From the NCBI GenBank assembly GCA_947642635.1, contig CANRTI010000002.1, positions 56,765 through 120,764 of the forward strand: a DNA stretch of 64,000 nucleotides. Reading direction: 5' to 3'. The notes under the pieces are model-generated. The model searched no databases. It was not told the origin of the DNA and saw only the letters and a list, made by a program, of their open reading frames with translations. The translations under genes and the position numbers were made by a program. Positions 19,500 to 29,037 of this stretch are shown piece after piece; the stretch's first letter is position 1, and the number at the start of each line of letters is the position of its first letter. This stretch comes from an uncultured Mycoplasma sp. (GTDB taxonomy: Bacteria > Bacillota_I > Bacilli_A > RF39 > UBA660).

Positions 19500-21548
19500 A
19501 TGGCATTTGTTTATGAAAAAAAAGATGATAAATTATTGGTAAATGATCCAATATATGGTCAAATAATAGTTCCTTATCCCTATAGTGCTATTATATTGAC
19601 AGAAGAAATGCAAAGACTAGGTAAAATAACTCAAAATGGATTTTCGAAATTAGATTTTGAAAAATTAACTTTTAACGATCGTTTGAGCCATAGCGTTGGA
19701 GCTTTTCATGTCATGAGATTAATTCTTGACGCTATTAATAAAGTTTTGAAACCATATAATATTAAAATTAGTCAAAATGATTGTGAAATAGCGCTTACTT
19801 CAATGTTAATTCATGATATTGGGCACGGACCTTTTTCCCATGCATTAGAAATAATTACTAACTATTCTCATGAAAAAAGAACCACAGATATTTTGCTTGG
19901 AAAAACTGAAATAAATGAGTTGTTAATAAAGCTATTTGGTTATAATAAAGTTTTACAAATTGCTAGTTTTATTGCAGAAATTAACAATAAAGATGAAATT
20001 GGAAAAGACAGTTTTACAAAATTATTAAACAGCTTAGTATCTCATCAAATTGATGCTGATCGCTTAGATTATCTTTTACGTGACGCATACTATTCCGATA
20101 TTCATTCATCAATAAATTTGAACAGAATAATTGCTAGTTTAAATGTCGTCGTAAATAATAACCGAGAATATGAATTAGTAATTGATAAAAAAGGATTATC
20201 TGGTATTGAGAATGTGTTAATTCAAAGATATCAAATGTATCGTGATGTATATTTATGTCCTTTAGCAGCATTAGGAAATTTCCTGTTTTTTGAAATAATG
20301 AAAAGGTATCAAAATAATACGAAACTACATAGTTTGCCTTTACCAGATGCATTTATTAAATTAGCTACTGATCCTCAAGTTAGCAATTTAGCTGATTTCT
20401 TAAAAATGGATGATGAAGAATTTAACAAAGCTTTTGCAGTACTATCTCAAAATACTATCGACCCTTTGCTTGCTTATATTTCAGATTTTGGTCACATACC
20501 TGATTATATTATGATTGAAAAAGATGTTAGTGAAGAAAAAATTATTGCCCTTTTAAGTGAAATATTTAGTGGCGCTGATTTATCAAATACTATATCTATT
20601 ATTAAAAGAGGAATTAAAAACAAATTATATAAGTCAGAGCAAAGTTTAAAAATAAAGTCTTCAACTAAAATTTCCGACTTAGCTGAATGCACAAATTTAA
20701 TACACCCGCAAGAATTATTAGAAGATACTTTTCTGTTTTTTAATTCCAAAATACTTCGCTTGGAATTAGGCATGACACCTGAACAATTTCAACCATACAA
20801 AAAAGAAATTGATAAAATGTTAGCCGATTTAAATAAAAAACCTGAAGAATTTGAGCTAAAGTATATTTTAAGTAGAGAAGATCCTGATTTACTAGATAAA
20901 GTTATTGCAGTCTTTGAGCAACATGGGTTTAAATTTGTATCAATAGGTAAAAAAGAAAATAATGATGAATACTTTGATACAGAAGATTTTAATTTATATC
21001 AACAAGGAGGATCCTTAAGAATACGCTCAACCAATCAAAATAATCGTACTAAATATAAAGGAACTTATAAAATGCCAACAGGACAAGGTGAAGTTTATTC
21101 ATCTCGCACCGAAATAGAAGAATCATTATCATCAGCAACATTTGAAGAATTCACTAGAGTTATGAGTCAAAAAGATATTCCAGTACAATTCGATTCAATT
21201 ATTTCTTTACCAGTTTTAAATTCAACAACTAATAGAACAGATATTGTCTTAGAAAAAAATGGCATTCAAGTTTGCTTATCATTAGATAAAACTAATTATA
21301 AAAATCATTGTTTAGGCGATATTGCAGTTTCTGATATGATGATTGAAATTGAAGCTTTAAAAGATGTTAAAGATCGCATAATTTTAAATGAAATACATGA
21401 TTTTTTATCAAAAGAAATACCTGGATTAGAGCTTAATAAGCAAAGTAAATATGAAAGAGGAATTAATCGAACATGGGATTTATATACTACTTTAGTCGGT
21501 ATAACTCCAGAATTTAGTAAAATGTTATCTTTGATAAAAAAAGAATAA
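19500..21548 (+). CDS. HD-domain phosphohydrolase (YwfO / SAMHD1-dNTPase-like) fused to a C-terminal CYTH (triphosphate tunnel) domain
   Basis: The N-terminal part has NDPIYGQI..., MQRLGKITQNG, HDIGHGPFSH (from nt 19812) and DADRLDYLLRD. From aa 450 (nt 20847) it has the CYTH EXEXK motif EFELKY, then EYFDT...LRIR, ...RTEIEE..., ...MMIEIEA... and SKYERGI. Confidence 0.8.
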   Translation: MAFVYEKKDDKLLVNDPIYGQIIVPYPYSAIILTEEMQRLGKITQNGFSKLDFEKLTFNDRLSHSVGAFHVMRLILDAINKVLKPYNIKISQNDCEIALTSMLIHDIGHGPFSHALEIITNYSHEKRTTDILLGKTEINELLIKLFGYNKVLQIASFIAEINNKDEIGKDSFTKLLNSLVSHQIDADRLDYLLRDAYYSDIHSSINLNRIIASLNVVVNNNREYELVIDKKGLSGIENVLIQRYQMYRDVYLCPLAALGNFLFFEIMKRYQNNTKLHSLPLPDAFIKLATDPQVSNLADFLKMDDEEFNKAFAVLSQNTIDPLLAYISDFGHIPDYIMIEKDVSEEKIIALLSEIFSGADLSNTISIIKRGIKNKLYKSEQSLKIKSSTKISDLAECTNLIHPQELLEDTFLFFNSKILRLELGMTPEQFQPYKKEIDKMLADLNKKPEEFELKYILSREDPDLLDKVIAVFEQHGFKFVSIGKKENNDEYFDTEDFNLYQQGGSLRIRSTNQNNRTKYKGTYKMPTGQGEVYSSRTEIEESLSSATFEEFTRVMSQKDIPVQFDSIISLPVLNSTTNRTDIVLEKNGIQVCLSLDKTNYKNHCLGDIAVSDMMIEIEALKDVKDRIILNEIHDFLSKEIPGLELNKQSKYERGINRTWDLYTTLVGITPEFSKMLSLIKKE

Positions 21549-21566
21549 AACAAAGTTCCAATAGTT

Positions 21567-21590
21567 AAAGAAGGAAATTCTTCTTTTTTT
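21567..21590 (+). terminator. Rho-independent terminator
   Basis: AAGAAG (21568-21573) pairs with CTTCTT (21580-21585), followed by a long T run. Confidence 0.6.
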
Positions 21591-21657
21591 ATTCAATATT
21601 TTTCTATTGTATGTTAAAATATTAGTTAGTGGAAAATAAATAAAATAGAGGTGTGTT

Positions 21658-22443
21658 ATGGCAAAAGTAATTTCATTAGTTAATCAAAAAGGAGGAGTTG
21701 GTAAAACTACAACTAGTATCAATCTAGCGGCAGCATTAGGCAAAGAAGGTAAAAAAGTTTTATTAATTGATTTAGATCCTCAAAGTAATTGCACAACTGG
21801 CTTAGGTCTTAATTCTAATGATATAATTCATGACATATATGAAGTAATAACTAGTAAATGTAATATTGAAGAAGCAATAAAAAAAACTAAATTTGAAAAT
21901 TTGGCAATCATTCCTTCATCATTAAATTTAGCTGGTGTAGATGTCGAATTTATCAAAAGAATGTTAGAAAATGAAAATTTTCATCAAAATGAGCAATTAA
22001 AAGATGCTATTGCGAAAGTTCGTCACATTTTTGATTATATAATAATTGATTGCCAACCTTCATTGGGACTTGGTACCATGAATGCTTTAGTTGCTAGTGA
22101 TTCTGTAATAATACCTGTTCAATGTGAATTTTATGCTTTAGATGGTATAACCCAATTACTAAATTCAATCATTATGGTTCAATCTAGTATTAATCCTACT
22201 TTAAGAATAGAAGGTGTTTTATTAACTATGCTAGATGGTAGAACAAATATTGGTTTAGAAGTAATTGAAGAAATTCGCAAATATTTTAAAGATAAAGTAT
22301 TTAATACTATAATTCCTCGTTTGGTTCGATTAGTGGAAGCTCCATCTCATGGAAAACCAATTAACGAATATGATCCTACTAGTCGCGCAACTGAAGCTTA
22401 TCATAATTTAGCAAAGGAAGTGATTTCTAGAAATGGAAACTAA
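21658..22443 (+). CDS. soj: chromosome partitioning ATPase ParA/Soj
   Basis: Deviant Walker A NQKGGVGKTTT; ...IIIDCQPSLG...; followed by parB. Confidence 0.93.
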   Translation: MAKVISLVNQKGGVGKTTTSINLAAALGKEGKKVLLIDLDPQSNCTTGLGLNSNDIIHDIYEVITSKCNIEEAIKKTKFENLAIIPSSLNLAGVDVEFIKRMLENENFHQNEQLKDAIAKVRHIFDYIIIDCQPSLGLGTMNALVASDSVIIPVQCEFYALDGITQLLNSIIMVQSSINPTLRIEGVLLTMLDGRTNIGLEVIEEIRKYFKDKVFNTIIPRLVRLVEAPSHGKPINEYDPTSRATEAYHNLAKEVISRNGN

Positions 22444-23314
22444 AAGGAAAGCCTTAGGTAAAGGTTTAGAACAATTATTTACTAATAATGTTATTGATTT
22501 TGATAATTTTGAGAAGGAAATAGTTACTGAAAATAAAGGAAATGTTGTTTTGATACCTCTATCAGAAATACGTAGTAATCCATATCAACCTCGTAAAACT
22601 TTTAATGAAGAAAGCTTAAAAGAATTAGCAGCAACTATCAAAGAATATGGTGTAGTGCAACCAATTATAGTTAAAAAAAGTATTAAAGGATATGAATTAA
22701 TTGCTGGTGAAAGACGTTGTAAAGCATCAAAAATAGCAGGATTAACCGAAATTCCGGCAATAATCAAAGAATTTACTGATCAAGAAATGATGGAAATAGC
22801 CCTTGTTGAAAATGTTCAAAGAGAAGATTTAAATCCTATTGATGAAGCTAAAAGTATTTTAGGAATAATTAATATGCGGGGTATGACTCAAGAAGAATTT
22901 GCAACTTCTTTTGGTAAAAGTCGAAGCTACATTACCAATTTATTAGGATTATTAAAATTACCAGAAAATGTTCAAAATATGGTAATTAATAAAGAGATTT
23001 CTCAATCTCATGCAAGAATTCTTAGTAAATTAGATAATCAAAATCAAATTGATAATTTAGTTCATCGGGTAGTGAAAGAAAATTTAAATGTAAGAGATTT
23101 AGAAACAATCGTCAATAGTCGTGAAATAGTAAAAAGAAAACCACTTTTTATTTCTGAAAGAGATCCTAAATATAACATTTATGAAACGGTTATAAGTGAT
23201 AAGATTGGTAATCGAGTACGGATTAATAAAAATAAGATTGAAATAGCTTTTAACTCTTTAAAAGATTTAGAAAGAATTATGGAAATTTTAAACATTGAAA
23301 TTGGTGATGAATAG
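22433..23314 (+). CDS. spo0J: chromosome partitioning protein ParB/Spo0J
   Basis: ...NPYQPRK.F.EE.L.ELA.TIKEYGV.QPI.V...GYELIAGERR.KASK.AGL..IPAI... Confidence 0.93.
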   Translation: METKRKALGKGLEQLFTNNVIDFDNFEKEIVTENKGNVVLIPLSEIRSNPYQPRKTFNEESLKELAATIKEYGVVQPIIVKKSIKGYELIAGERRCKASKIAGLTEIPAIIKEFTDQEMMEIALVENVQREDLNPIDEAKSILGIINMRGMTQEEFATSFGKSRSYITNLLGLLKLPENVQNMVINKEISQSHARILSKLDNQNQIDNLVHRVVKENLNVRDLETIVNSREIVKRKPLFISERDPKYNIYETVISDKIGNRVRINKNKIEIAFNSLKDLERIMEILNIEIGDE

Positions 23315-23317
23315 TTT

Positions 23318-23524
23318 ATGGATAAAAATTATGAGTTAAATGATTTTGTCATAATGAAAAAACAACATGCTTGTGGAACAAATCTTTGGATGATTACCAG
23401 AATGGGTGTTGATATCAAGATTAAATGCGATAATTGTGGTCGAGAAATTATGATGGATCGTTTAGAATTTCAAAAAAAGCTAAAGAAGGTGCTTAAAAAT
23501 GAAAAAAATAAAGAAAAGAACTAG
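23318..23524 (+). CDS. DUF951 family small protein
   Basis: ...FVIMKKQHACGTNLWMITRMGVDIKIKCDNCGREIMMDR... It sits at the conserved position next to parB/ychF in Bacillota. Confidence 0.75.
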   Translation: MDKNYELNDFVIMKKQHACGTNLWMITRMGVDIKIKCDNCGREIMMDRLEFQKKLKKVLKNEKNKEKN

Positions 23525-25040
23525 ACAAACATTACATCCTTTGATGACTTATGTTTTACTTATTTTATTAACTATTATTTTAAGTGGTATTTTAAAACTT
23601 ATTGATACCCAAGCTACTTTTTATAAGATTAATCAAGTTACGTTAAATTTAACGCCTAGCACTGAAGTAATTAATTCTCTTTTCAGTGCATCAGGTATAA
23701 ACTACATTTTTACTAATACAGTAAATAATTTTGCTAACTTTGCTGTTTTGCCAAACTTACTTATAATGTTAATGGGTATAAGTATTTTAAATAAAAGTGG
23801 CTTTTTGCAAACGGCTATAACTTTAACAACTAAAAAGTCTAAAAGAAAAACTGTAACCTTTTTCTTTGTCTTAATTTGTGTTTTATCAAGTATTTTTGGG
23901 AATGTTTCTTATATAGTATTTATTCCTTTAGGTGGTTTGTTATTCTATTATGGAAAAAGAAATCCCATGATAGGAGTTATAGCTTCTTTTGCTGCTTGCA
24001 GTTGTGGTAGTGGTATAAGTGCTATTATGACTAGTGTAGATTCATCACTTTTAAATTACACTATTTTAGCATCACACACTATAAATACCGAGTATCATAC
24101 AACTTTTCTTGCTTTTCTATTTATTATGTTGATAGCTGTTATCTTAGTATCCTATATAATAACTATCGTTACCGAAAATATTATTGCAAAAAAGATGCCC
24201 AAATATGAATTTACTGAAACAGAATTAGAAGAAGATATAGTTACAAGAGAAGAGCAAAAAGGTATGGTTTATGCTTGTGGAAGTGCTATTATATATATAT
24301 TAATTGTAATTTATAATATTATTCCAGGCCTTCCTTTAAGTGGTGCTCTATTAGATAATACTCAAGTTGCTTATATAGATAAATTATTTAGTGCTAATGC
24401 ATTTTTTAACAAGGGTTTTATATTTATTGTAACTATTTTATTTATTATTTTAGGATTATTTTATGGAATTGGCGTTAAAACCATTCGTAATCACAAAGAT
24501 TTTTGCGATGACTTAGGTCATTCTTTAGATGATATAGGTAATATTTTAGTTAAAATATTTTTTGCCGCTACTTTTATTAGTATTTTTAAACAAACAAATA
24601 TTGGTAATGTAGTTGTGGCTTTCTTTGCTGATATTATTGGTAAAAGTGGTTTTAATGGTTTACCTTTAATAGTCTTGGTATTTATATTAATATCGATTTG
24701 TAATTTATTTGTACCATCAAGTGTTTCTAAATGGTATATGCTAGCGCCAACTGTTGTTCCAGTTATGATGCAATCCGAAATTTCCCCAGTTTTTGCTCAA
24801 GTTTTATTTCGCTTTGCTGAAACATCCACTATGAATATGACACCTCTTTTAGCATATTTTGTAGTATATTTATCATTTTTAGAAAAATATAATCAAGGTA
24901 AAGAACGAATTCGAATTTTTGAATCTTTAAAATATCAAATACCATATACAATTATTATTAGTTTAACATTATTAGTTTTACTTATCGTTTGGTATGTTAT
25001 TAATATACCATTAGGCATCAACTCGATGCCAACAATTTAG
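23499..25040 (+). CDS. AbgT family transporter (p-aminobenzoyl-glutamate / antimetabolite exporter family)
   Basis: A multi-TM protein. NFANFAVLPNLLIMLMGISILNKSGFL and FAQVLFRFAETS parallel the E. coli AbgT motifs NFSGFAPLGAIL...AERVGLL and FAQILFRIADSS. Confidence 0.8.
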   Translation: MKKIKKRTRQTLHPLMTYVLLILLTIILSGILKLIDTQATFYKINQVTLNLTPSTEVINSLFSASGINYIFTNTVNNFANFAVLPNLLIMLMGISILNKSGFLQTAITLTTKKSKRKTVTFFFVLICVLSSIFGNVSYIVFIPLGGLLFYYGKRNPMIGVIASFAACSCGSGISAIMTSVDSSLLNYTILASHTINTEYHTTFLAFLFIMLIAVILVSYIITIVTENIIAKKMPKYEFTETELEEDIVTREEQKGMVYACGSAIIYILIVIYNIIPGLPLSGALLDNTQVAYIDKLFSANAFFNKGFIFIVTILFIILGLFYGIGVKTIRNHKDFCDDLGHSLDDIGNILVKIFFAATFISIFKQTNIGNVVVAFFADIIGKSGFNGLPLIVLVFILISICNLFVPSSVSKWYMLAPTVVPVMMQSEISPVFAQVLFRFAETSTMNMTPLLAYFVVYLSFLEKYNQGKERIRIFESLKYQIPYTIIISLTLLVLLIVWYVINIPLGINSMPTI

Positions 25041-25051
25041 GAGGTTTTAAA

Positions 25052-26152
25052 ATGAGTTTAAAAGCAGGAATAGTTGGTTTACCGAATGTTGGCAAATCAA
25101 CCCTTTTTAATGCAATTACTAAAAAACACATTCTCGCAGCAAATTATCCTTTTGCCACTATTGAACCTAATGTGGGAGTAGTTACAGTTCCCGATACAAG
25201 ATTAGATTTTTTAGTTAATTTATATAATCCTAAAAGTATTGTTCCAACAAGCTTTGAATTTATTGATATTGCTGGACTTGTTAGTGGAGCAAGTAAAGGT
25301 GAAGGATTAGGAAATAAATTTTTATCACATATTAGAGAAGTAGATGCGATTGTAGAAGTTGTTAGATGTTTTGATGATGCAGGTATTACTCATGTCGAAG
25401 GAGCAACTGATCCAATAAGAGATGTTGAAATTATTAAAACAGAATTAATTCTCGCTGATTTAGAAATTGTTACTAGTAGAATATTAAAACAAGAAAAAAA
25501 AGCTGAGACTACTAAAGATAAAGAGGCAATAAAGGAAGTTAATACTTTAAAAAAGATTCGCGAAAACTTAGAACAAGAAATTCCAATTCGTTTAATCGAT
25601 TTGGATGAAGATGAATTAAAAATAATAAAAAATTTTAATTTTATTACTTTGAAAAAAGTTATTTATGTGGCTAATGTTGATGAAATATCTGCATCAGTTG
25701 GTGATAATGAATATTCTTTAAAATTAAAAGAATATGCTGAAAAAGAACAAGATAGTGTAGTTGTAATGTGCGCTAAATTAGAAAGTGAATTAGCTGATTT
25801 AGAAAATGCAGAAAAAGAACAATTTTTAAAAGATGTTGGCATTTCTAATAGTGGGTTAGATAAATTAATATTTGCTACATATGACTTACTTGGTTTAGCT
25901 ACATTCTTTACCTCAGGTACTGATGAATGTCGGGCATGGACTTTTAAAAAAGGTATGAAAGCGCCCAATTGTGCTGGTATTATCCATAGTGATTTTGAAA
26001 AAGGATTTATTAAAGCTGAAGTTATGAGTTTTAACGATTTAGAAACTTTAGGTAGTGATTTAAAAGTTAAAGAAAGTGGTAAATTAAGATTAGAAGGAAA
26101 AGATTATCTTATGGAAGATGGCGACATTTGTTATTTTAGATTTAATATATAA
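25052..26152 (+). CDS. ychF: redox-regulated ATPase YchF
   Basis: GIVGLPNVGKSTLFNA.T......ANYPFATIEPN.G.V.VPD.R and the C-terminal TGS-like ...RLEGKDY...DGD...FRFN. Confidence 0.95.
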   Translation: MSLKAGIVGLPNVGKSTLFNAITKKHILAANYPFATIEPNVGVVTVPDTRLDFLVNLYNPKSIVPTSFEFIDIAGLVSGASKGEGLGNKFLSHIREVDAIVEVVRCFDDAGITHVEGATDPIRDVEIIKTELILADLEIVTSRILKQEKKAETTKDKEAIKEVNTLKKIRENLEQEIPIRLIDLDEDELKIIKNFNFITLKKVIYVANVDEISASVGDNEYSLKLKEYAEKEQDSVVVMCAKLESELADLENAEKEQFLKDVGISNSGLDKLIFATYDLLGLATFFTSGTDECRAWTFKKGMKAPNCAGIIHSDFEKGFIKAEVMSFNDLETLGSDLKVKESGKLRLEGKDYLMEDGDICYFRFNI

Positions 26153-26178
26153 TATTGAAAGAGAATAAATTTTCAACA

Positions 26179-26216
26179 AAAAACATAAAGTTATTTATTT
26201 TTAGCTTTATGTTTTT
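26179..26216. terminator. bidirectional hairpin between convergent ychF and the PIG-L gene (its right arm lies inside the 3' end of the minus-strand CDS)
   Basis: A perfect 12-bp stem pairs AAAAACATAAAG (26179-26190) with CTTTATGTTTTT (26205-26216). Confidence 0.7.
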
Positions 26217-27561
26217 TTATAATTAGCAAAATAATAATTATTAAAATAATACTACTACCAATTATTAAATACTTTTTATCAATATTGAATTTTTTATTTT
26301 CATCAGTTTTTTGAACTTTATTGGTTTCATTTTCTTTATTAGCATCATCTTCTTTATCTTTATCGGGTTTTTCATCTTTTCTCAAAGTTAAATTTTCAAA
26401 CATATCATTTTTATTAATATCATCTCCAACCAAACTTTTATATAGTCCGAATTCTAGTGGCGAATATTTTTTTATTTCACTAGCTTTTGTATATTCATTA
26501 TTTTTCCCATTTAACCATGCGGTAAACCATGTCCATTGCTGAGAATTATGTTTACTATATCCAATTTTTGAAATTTCATAAGCAGTTTTACCATTAAAAT
26601 ACTCTAAAGGTTCATCATAATTCATAACTATTTGATTTTCTTTATAAAGATGTAAATATGTTTTAGGCGTATCCCAAACTCCATATTTATTATAAGAATC
26701 AAGATGATAAGTAACATCATTAGCTTTTTCAAGAGCTATTTTTAAAACATAAGTATTTAAAATATGTTGACCATGAGAATATTCTCCTAATTCATCATGT
26801 CCTACAACCACTAGAGGTTTAAATCTTCTTAACATTTCAACTTCATAATTTATAACATCAGCTTCGGAAATACCCTTATTATTCATATTTTTGATAGCAC
26901 CTTCTAAAGTATTAGAAAAGGCATCTGGAACACTTCCAATTATAGGATAATTTCTAATTCCAACAGCATAAAGACCATGTAGTTGTTCATGTAATCTTTT
27001 AGGATTGTCAAAATGATTGGTAAAATATACGATTTGTACATTAGCCCCTTTTGCTACATAATAAGGCATTAACCCTGCGAAAAATAATTGTTCATCATCA
27101 CTATGGGTAGAAAATAATAGTAAATCGGCTAGTTCATGGGGTGGCTCCCACACTTCCACATATTCAGGTAATTGCCCTTCACCTAAAATATATATTTCAC
27201 TAATCTTGACATCTTCTTCATATTTAATAGTTATATTATTAGTATGACCTATTAACCTATCAACATTAACATATTCATGTAAGAAATCATTTTCACCAAT
27301 ATTAGCAGTTTGATTATTACTTTTAATTATCCCATTTTGACTTTTAAGTTCATAAATAATATAGATGCCATAAATATCTTCAGTATTACTAATTATAATT
27401 TCTTTATCTTTACTAATAGTAATATAAGAATTTTCATTATTATCTTTAATTTTATCTATACTAACATCATTAATTTTTATTTCGCTTTCACTTGTAATAT
27501 CCGCAGCACCAACCTTTATTGGAATAATTAAACAAATCAAAAATATTCCTAATTTCTTCAT
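26191..27561 (-). CDS. secreted PIG-L/LmbE-family deacetylase with N-terminal signal peptide and C-terminal TM anchor
   Basis: ...LLLFSTHSDDEQLFFAGLMPYY...VQIVYFTNH... resembles the PIG-L AHPDDE motif. The N-terminus MKKLGIFLICLIIPIKVGA looks like a signal peptide. A charged Lys/Asp/Glu linker precedes the C-terminal IIGSSIILIIIILLII anchor. Confidence 0.7.
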   Translation of the reverse strand: MKKLGIFLICLIIPIKVGAADITSESEIKINDVSIDKIKDNNENSYITISKDKEIIISNTEDIYGIYIIYELKSQNGIIKSNNQTANIGENDFLHEYVNVDRLIGHTNNITIKYEEDVKISEIYILGEGQLPEYVEVWEPPHELADLLLFSTHSDDEQLFFAGLMPYYVAKGANVQIVYFTNHFDNPKRLHEQLHGLYAVGIRNYPIIGSVPDAFSNTLEGAIKNMNNKGISEADVINYEVEMLRRFKPLVVVGHDELGEYSHGQHILNTYVLKIALEKANDVTYHLDSYNKYGVWDTPKTYLHLYKENQIVMNYDEPLEYFNGKTAYEISKIGYSKHNSQQWTWFTAWLNGKNNEYTKASEIKKYSPLEFGLYKSLVGDDINKNDMFENLTLRKDEKPDKDKEDDANKENETNKVQKTDENKKFNIDKKYLIIGSSIILIIIILLIIKKHKAKNK

Positions 27562-27627
27562 ATTTTTACCACTCTCCTAATATAAATAATTATATCAAAG
27601 ATATTTCGTTTATTCACTACTAAATCA

Positions 27628-27656
27628 TTTACAACTATAATAATTTTTGATATACT
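27628..27656 (+). promoter_or_regulatory. promoter of the rpsF-ssb-rpsR operon
   Basis: TTTACA (27628-27633), a 17-nt spacer, then TATACT (27651-27656). Confidence 0.5.
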
Positions 27657-27723
27657 AATTAACGAGTAAATTTATTACTCCTTGCTTCTATTTGAAGCCA
27701 AAAGACCATAAGGAGGTGAAAAG

Positions 27724-28014
27724 ATGACTAAATATGAAATCATGTTTATTGTTAAAGCAACTTTAGATGAAACTTCTTTAAATAATTTGACAAAAGAAGT
27801 TCAAAAATTAATAACTGATGCAAAATCAAAAGTTATCGAATTCAAAGATATGGGTAGAAAAAAACTTGCTTATCCAATTAATAAGGAAGTTAGTGGCTTT
27901 TATTATCTAATGAATGTTGATGCCACTCATGAAGCTATTCAAGAATTTGATCGTAAACTTAGAATTAACGAAAATATTTTAAGACATTTAATCTTAAAAA
28001 AAGAAAGTGAGTAA
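27724..28014 (+). CDS. rpsF: 30S ribosomal protein S6
   Basis: M.KYEIMFIVKA.LDE... and ...GRKKLAYPI.K...G.Y. Confidence 0.95.
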   Translation: MTKYEIMFIVKATLDETSLNNLTKEVQKLITDAKSKVIEFKDMGRKKLAYPINKEVSGFYYLMNVDATHEAIQEFDRKLRINENILRHLILKKESE

Positions 28015-28016
28015 TA

Positions 28017-28505
28017 ATGAATAAAGTAATGTTAGTAGGAAGACTTACAAGGGATCCTGAATTAAGAACAACACCAGGTGGTATGGCAGTAACAAGATTT
28101 ACAATTGCAATATCACAAAATTTTACTAATCGTAATGGTGAAAGAGGAACAGATTTTATTAATTGTAGTGCTTGGGGCCGCCAAGCCGATAATATTTCTA
28201 AATATTGCCATAAAGGAACTTTAGTATCTGCTGAAGGAAGAATTAGAACTAGCAGTTATACTGCTCAGGATGGTTCTAAAAGATATACTACCGAAGTAGT
28301 TTGTGAAACAGTTAATTTTTTAAGTTCTAAAGGAGCTACAAATGATAATATGAGTAATGTTTCTGGTTATTCTCAAAATGATTATCCGACAGAGCCAATT
28401 TCTCATATGAATGATATGCCTATGGAAACTGCGGATTTAACAGAAGATCCTTTTAAAAGTTTTGGCGAAGAAATTACTTTAAGTAGTGACGACTTACCAT
28501 TTTAA
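28017..28505 (+). CDS. ssb: single-stranded DNA-binding protein
   Basis: MNKVMLVGRLTRDPELR.T..G..V.RFT.A... and the acidic tail ending DDLPF. Confidence 0.95.
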   Translation: MNKVMLVGRLTRDPELRTTPGGMAVTRFTIAISQNFTNRNGERGTDFINCSAWGRQADNISKYCHKGTLVSAEGRIRTSSYTAQDGSKRYTTEVVCETVNFLSSKGATNDNMSNVSGYSQNDYPTEPISHMNDMPMETADLTEDPFKSFGEEITLSSDDLPF

Positions 28506-28518
28506 TTAGAAGGAGGAC

Positions 28519-28737
28519 ATGATGGCAGAATTTTATCGTAAGAAAAAGAAAATATGTCAAATGTGCGCAGGAAAAAGTGTAGATTACAAAGATGTTATGA
28601 TTATTAATAAATATATTAATGAAAAAGGAAAAATTTTACCTAGAAGAGTAACAGGTGCTTGCGCAAAACATCAAAGACATATTGCAGAACAAATTAAATA
28701 TGCAAGATTTATGGCTTTAATACCATATGTTAAATAA
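28519..28737 (+). CDS. rpsR: 30S ribosomal protein S18
   Basis: ...YKD...I.KYI.E.GKILPRR.TG.CAKHQR.....IK.AR..AL.PY. The second ATG (28522) is spaced slightly better from GGAGGA. Confidence 0.94.
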   Translation: MMAEFYRKKKKICQMCAGKSVDYKDVMIINKYINEKGKILPRRVTGACAKHQRHIAEQIKYARFMALIPYVK

Positions 28738-28738
28738 G

Positions 28739-28766
28739 AAATTCACAATTAGGTGAATTTTTTTTG
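28739..28766 (+). terminator. Rho-independent terminator
   Basis: AAATTCAC (28739-28746) pairs with GTGAATTT (28753-28760), followed by a T run. Confidence 0.8.
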
Positions 28767-28824
28767 AGCAAAAAAAGGAAATAGAAACTTTTTTTACTAT
28801 ATATATAGTAGAAGGAGTTTTTTT

Positions 28825-29037
28825 ATGAAAGAAAAATATGTAACTTATAATGAAATAATTAGTAATCTTTTAAAAAATCCGCGTATAACTGAAAAAGAAT
28901 TGGCTCAAAAATATTTAATTAGTGAAAGAACAATTCGAAGATATTTAAAAGTTTTAAAAGATAAAAATATTATTGAGTATTATAAAAATGGTAAAACAAG
29001 ATATTGGATTACAAAAAAGAAGTATTATTCTAATTGA
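28825..29037 (+). CDS. small stand-alone winged-helix/HTH protein (70 aa)
   Basis: ...ITEKELAQKYLISERTIRRYLKVLKDKNII... is a DeoR/HTH_11-like helix-turn-helix. It has its own SD (GAAGGAG). Confidence 0.6.
   Translation: MKEKYVTYNEIISNLLKNPRITEKELAQKYLISERTIRRYLKVLKDKNIIEYYKNGKTRYWITKKKYYSN

Noticed and set aside
21549-23400. Looked for a parS site (TGTTNCACGTGAAACA) in and around soj-spo0J and elsewhere.
   Set aside because: I found only partial matches by eye. Examples are ~10/16 near 23125-23140, 12/16 near 7534-7549 inside rplW, and a GGTGAAACA half-site at 2452-2460. None is convincing, and a proper pattern scan is needed.
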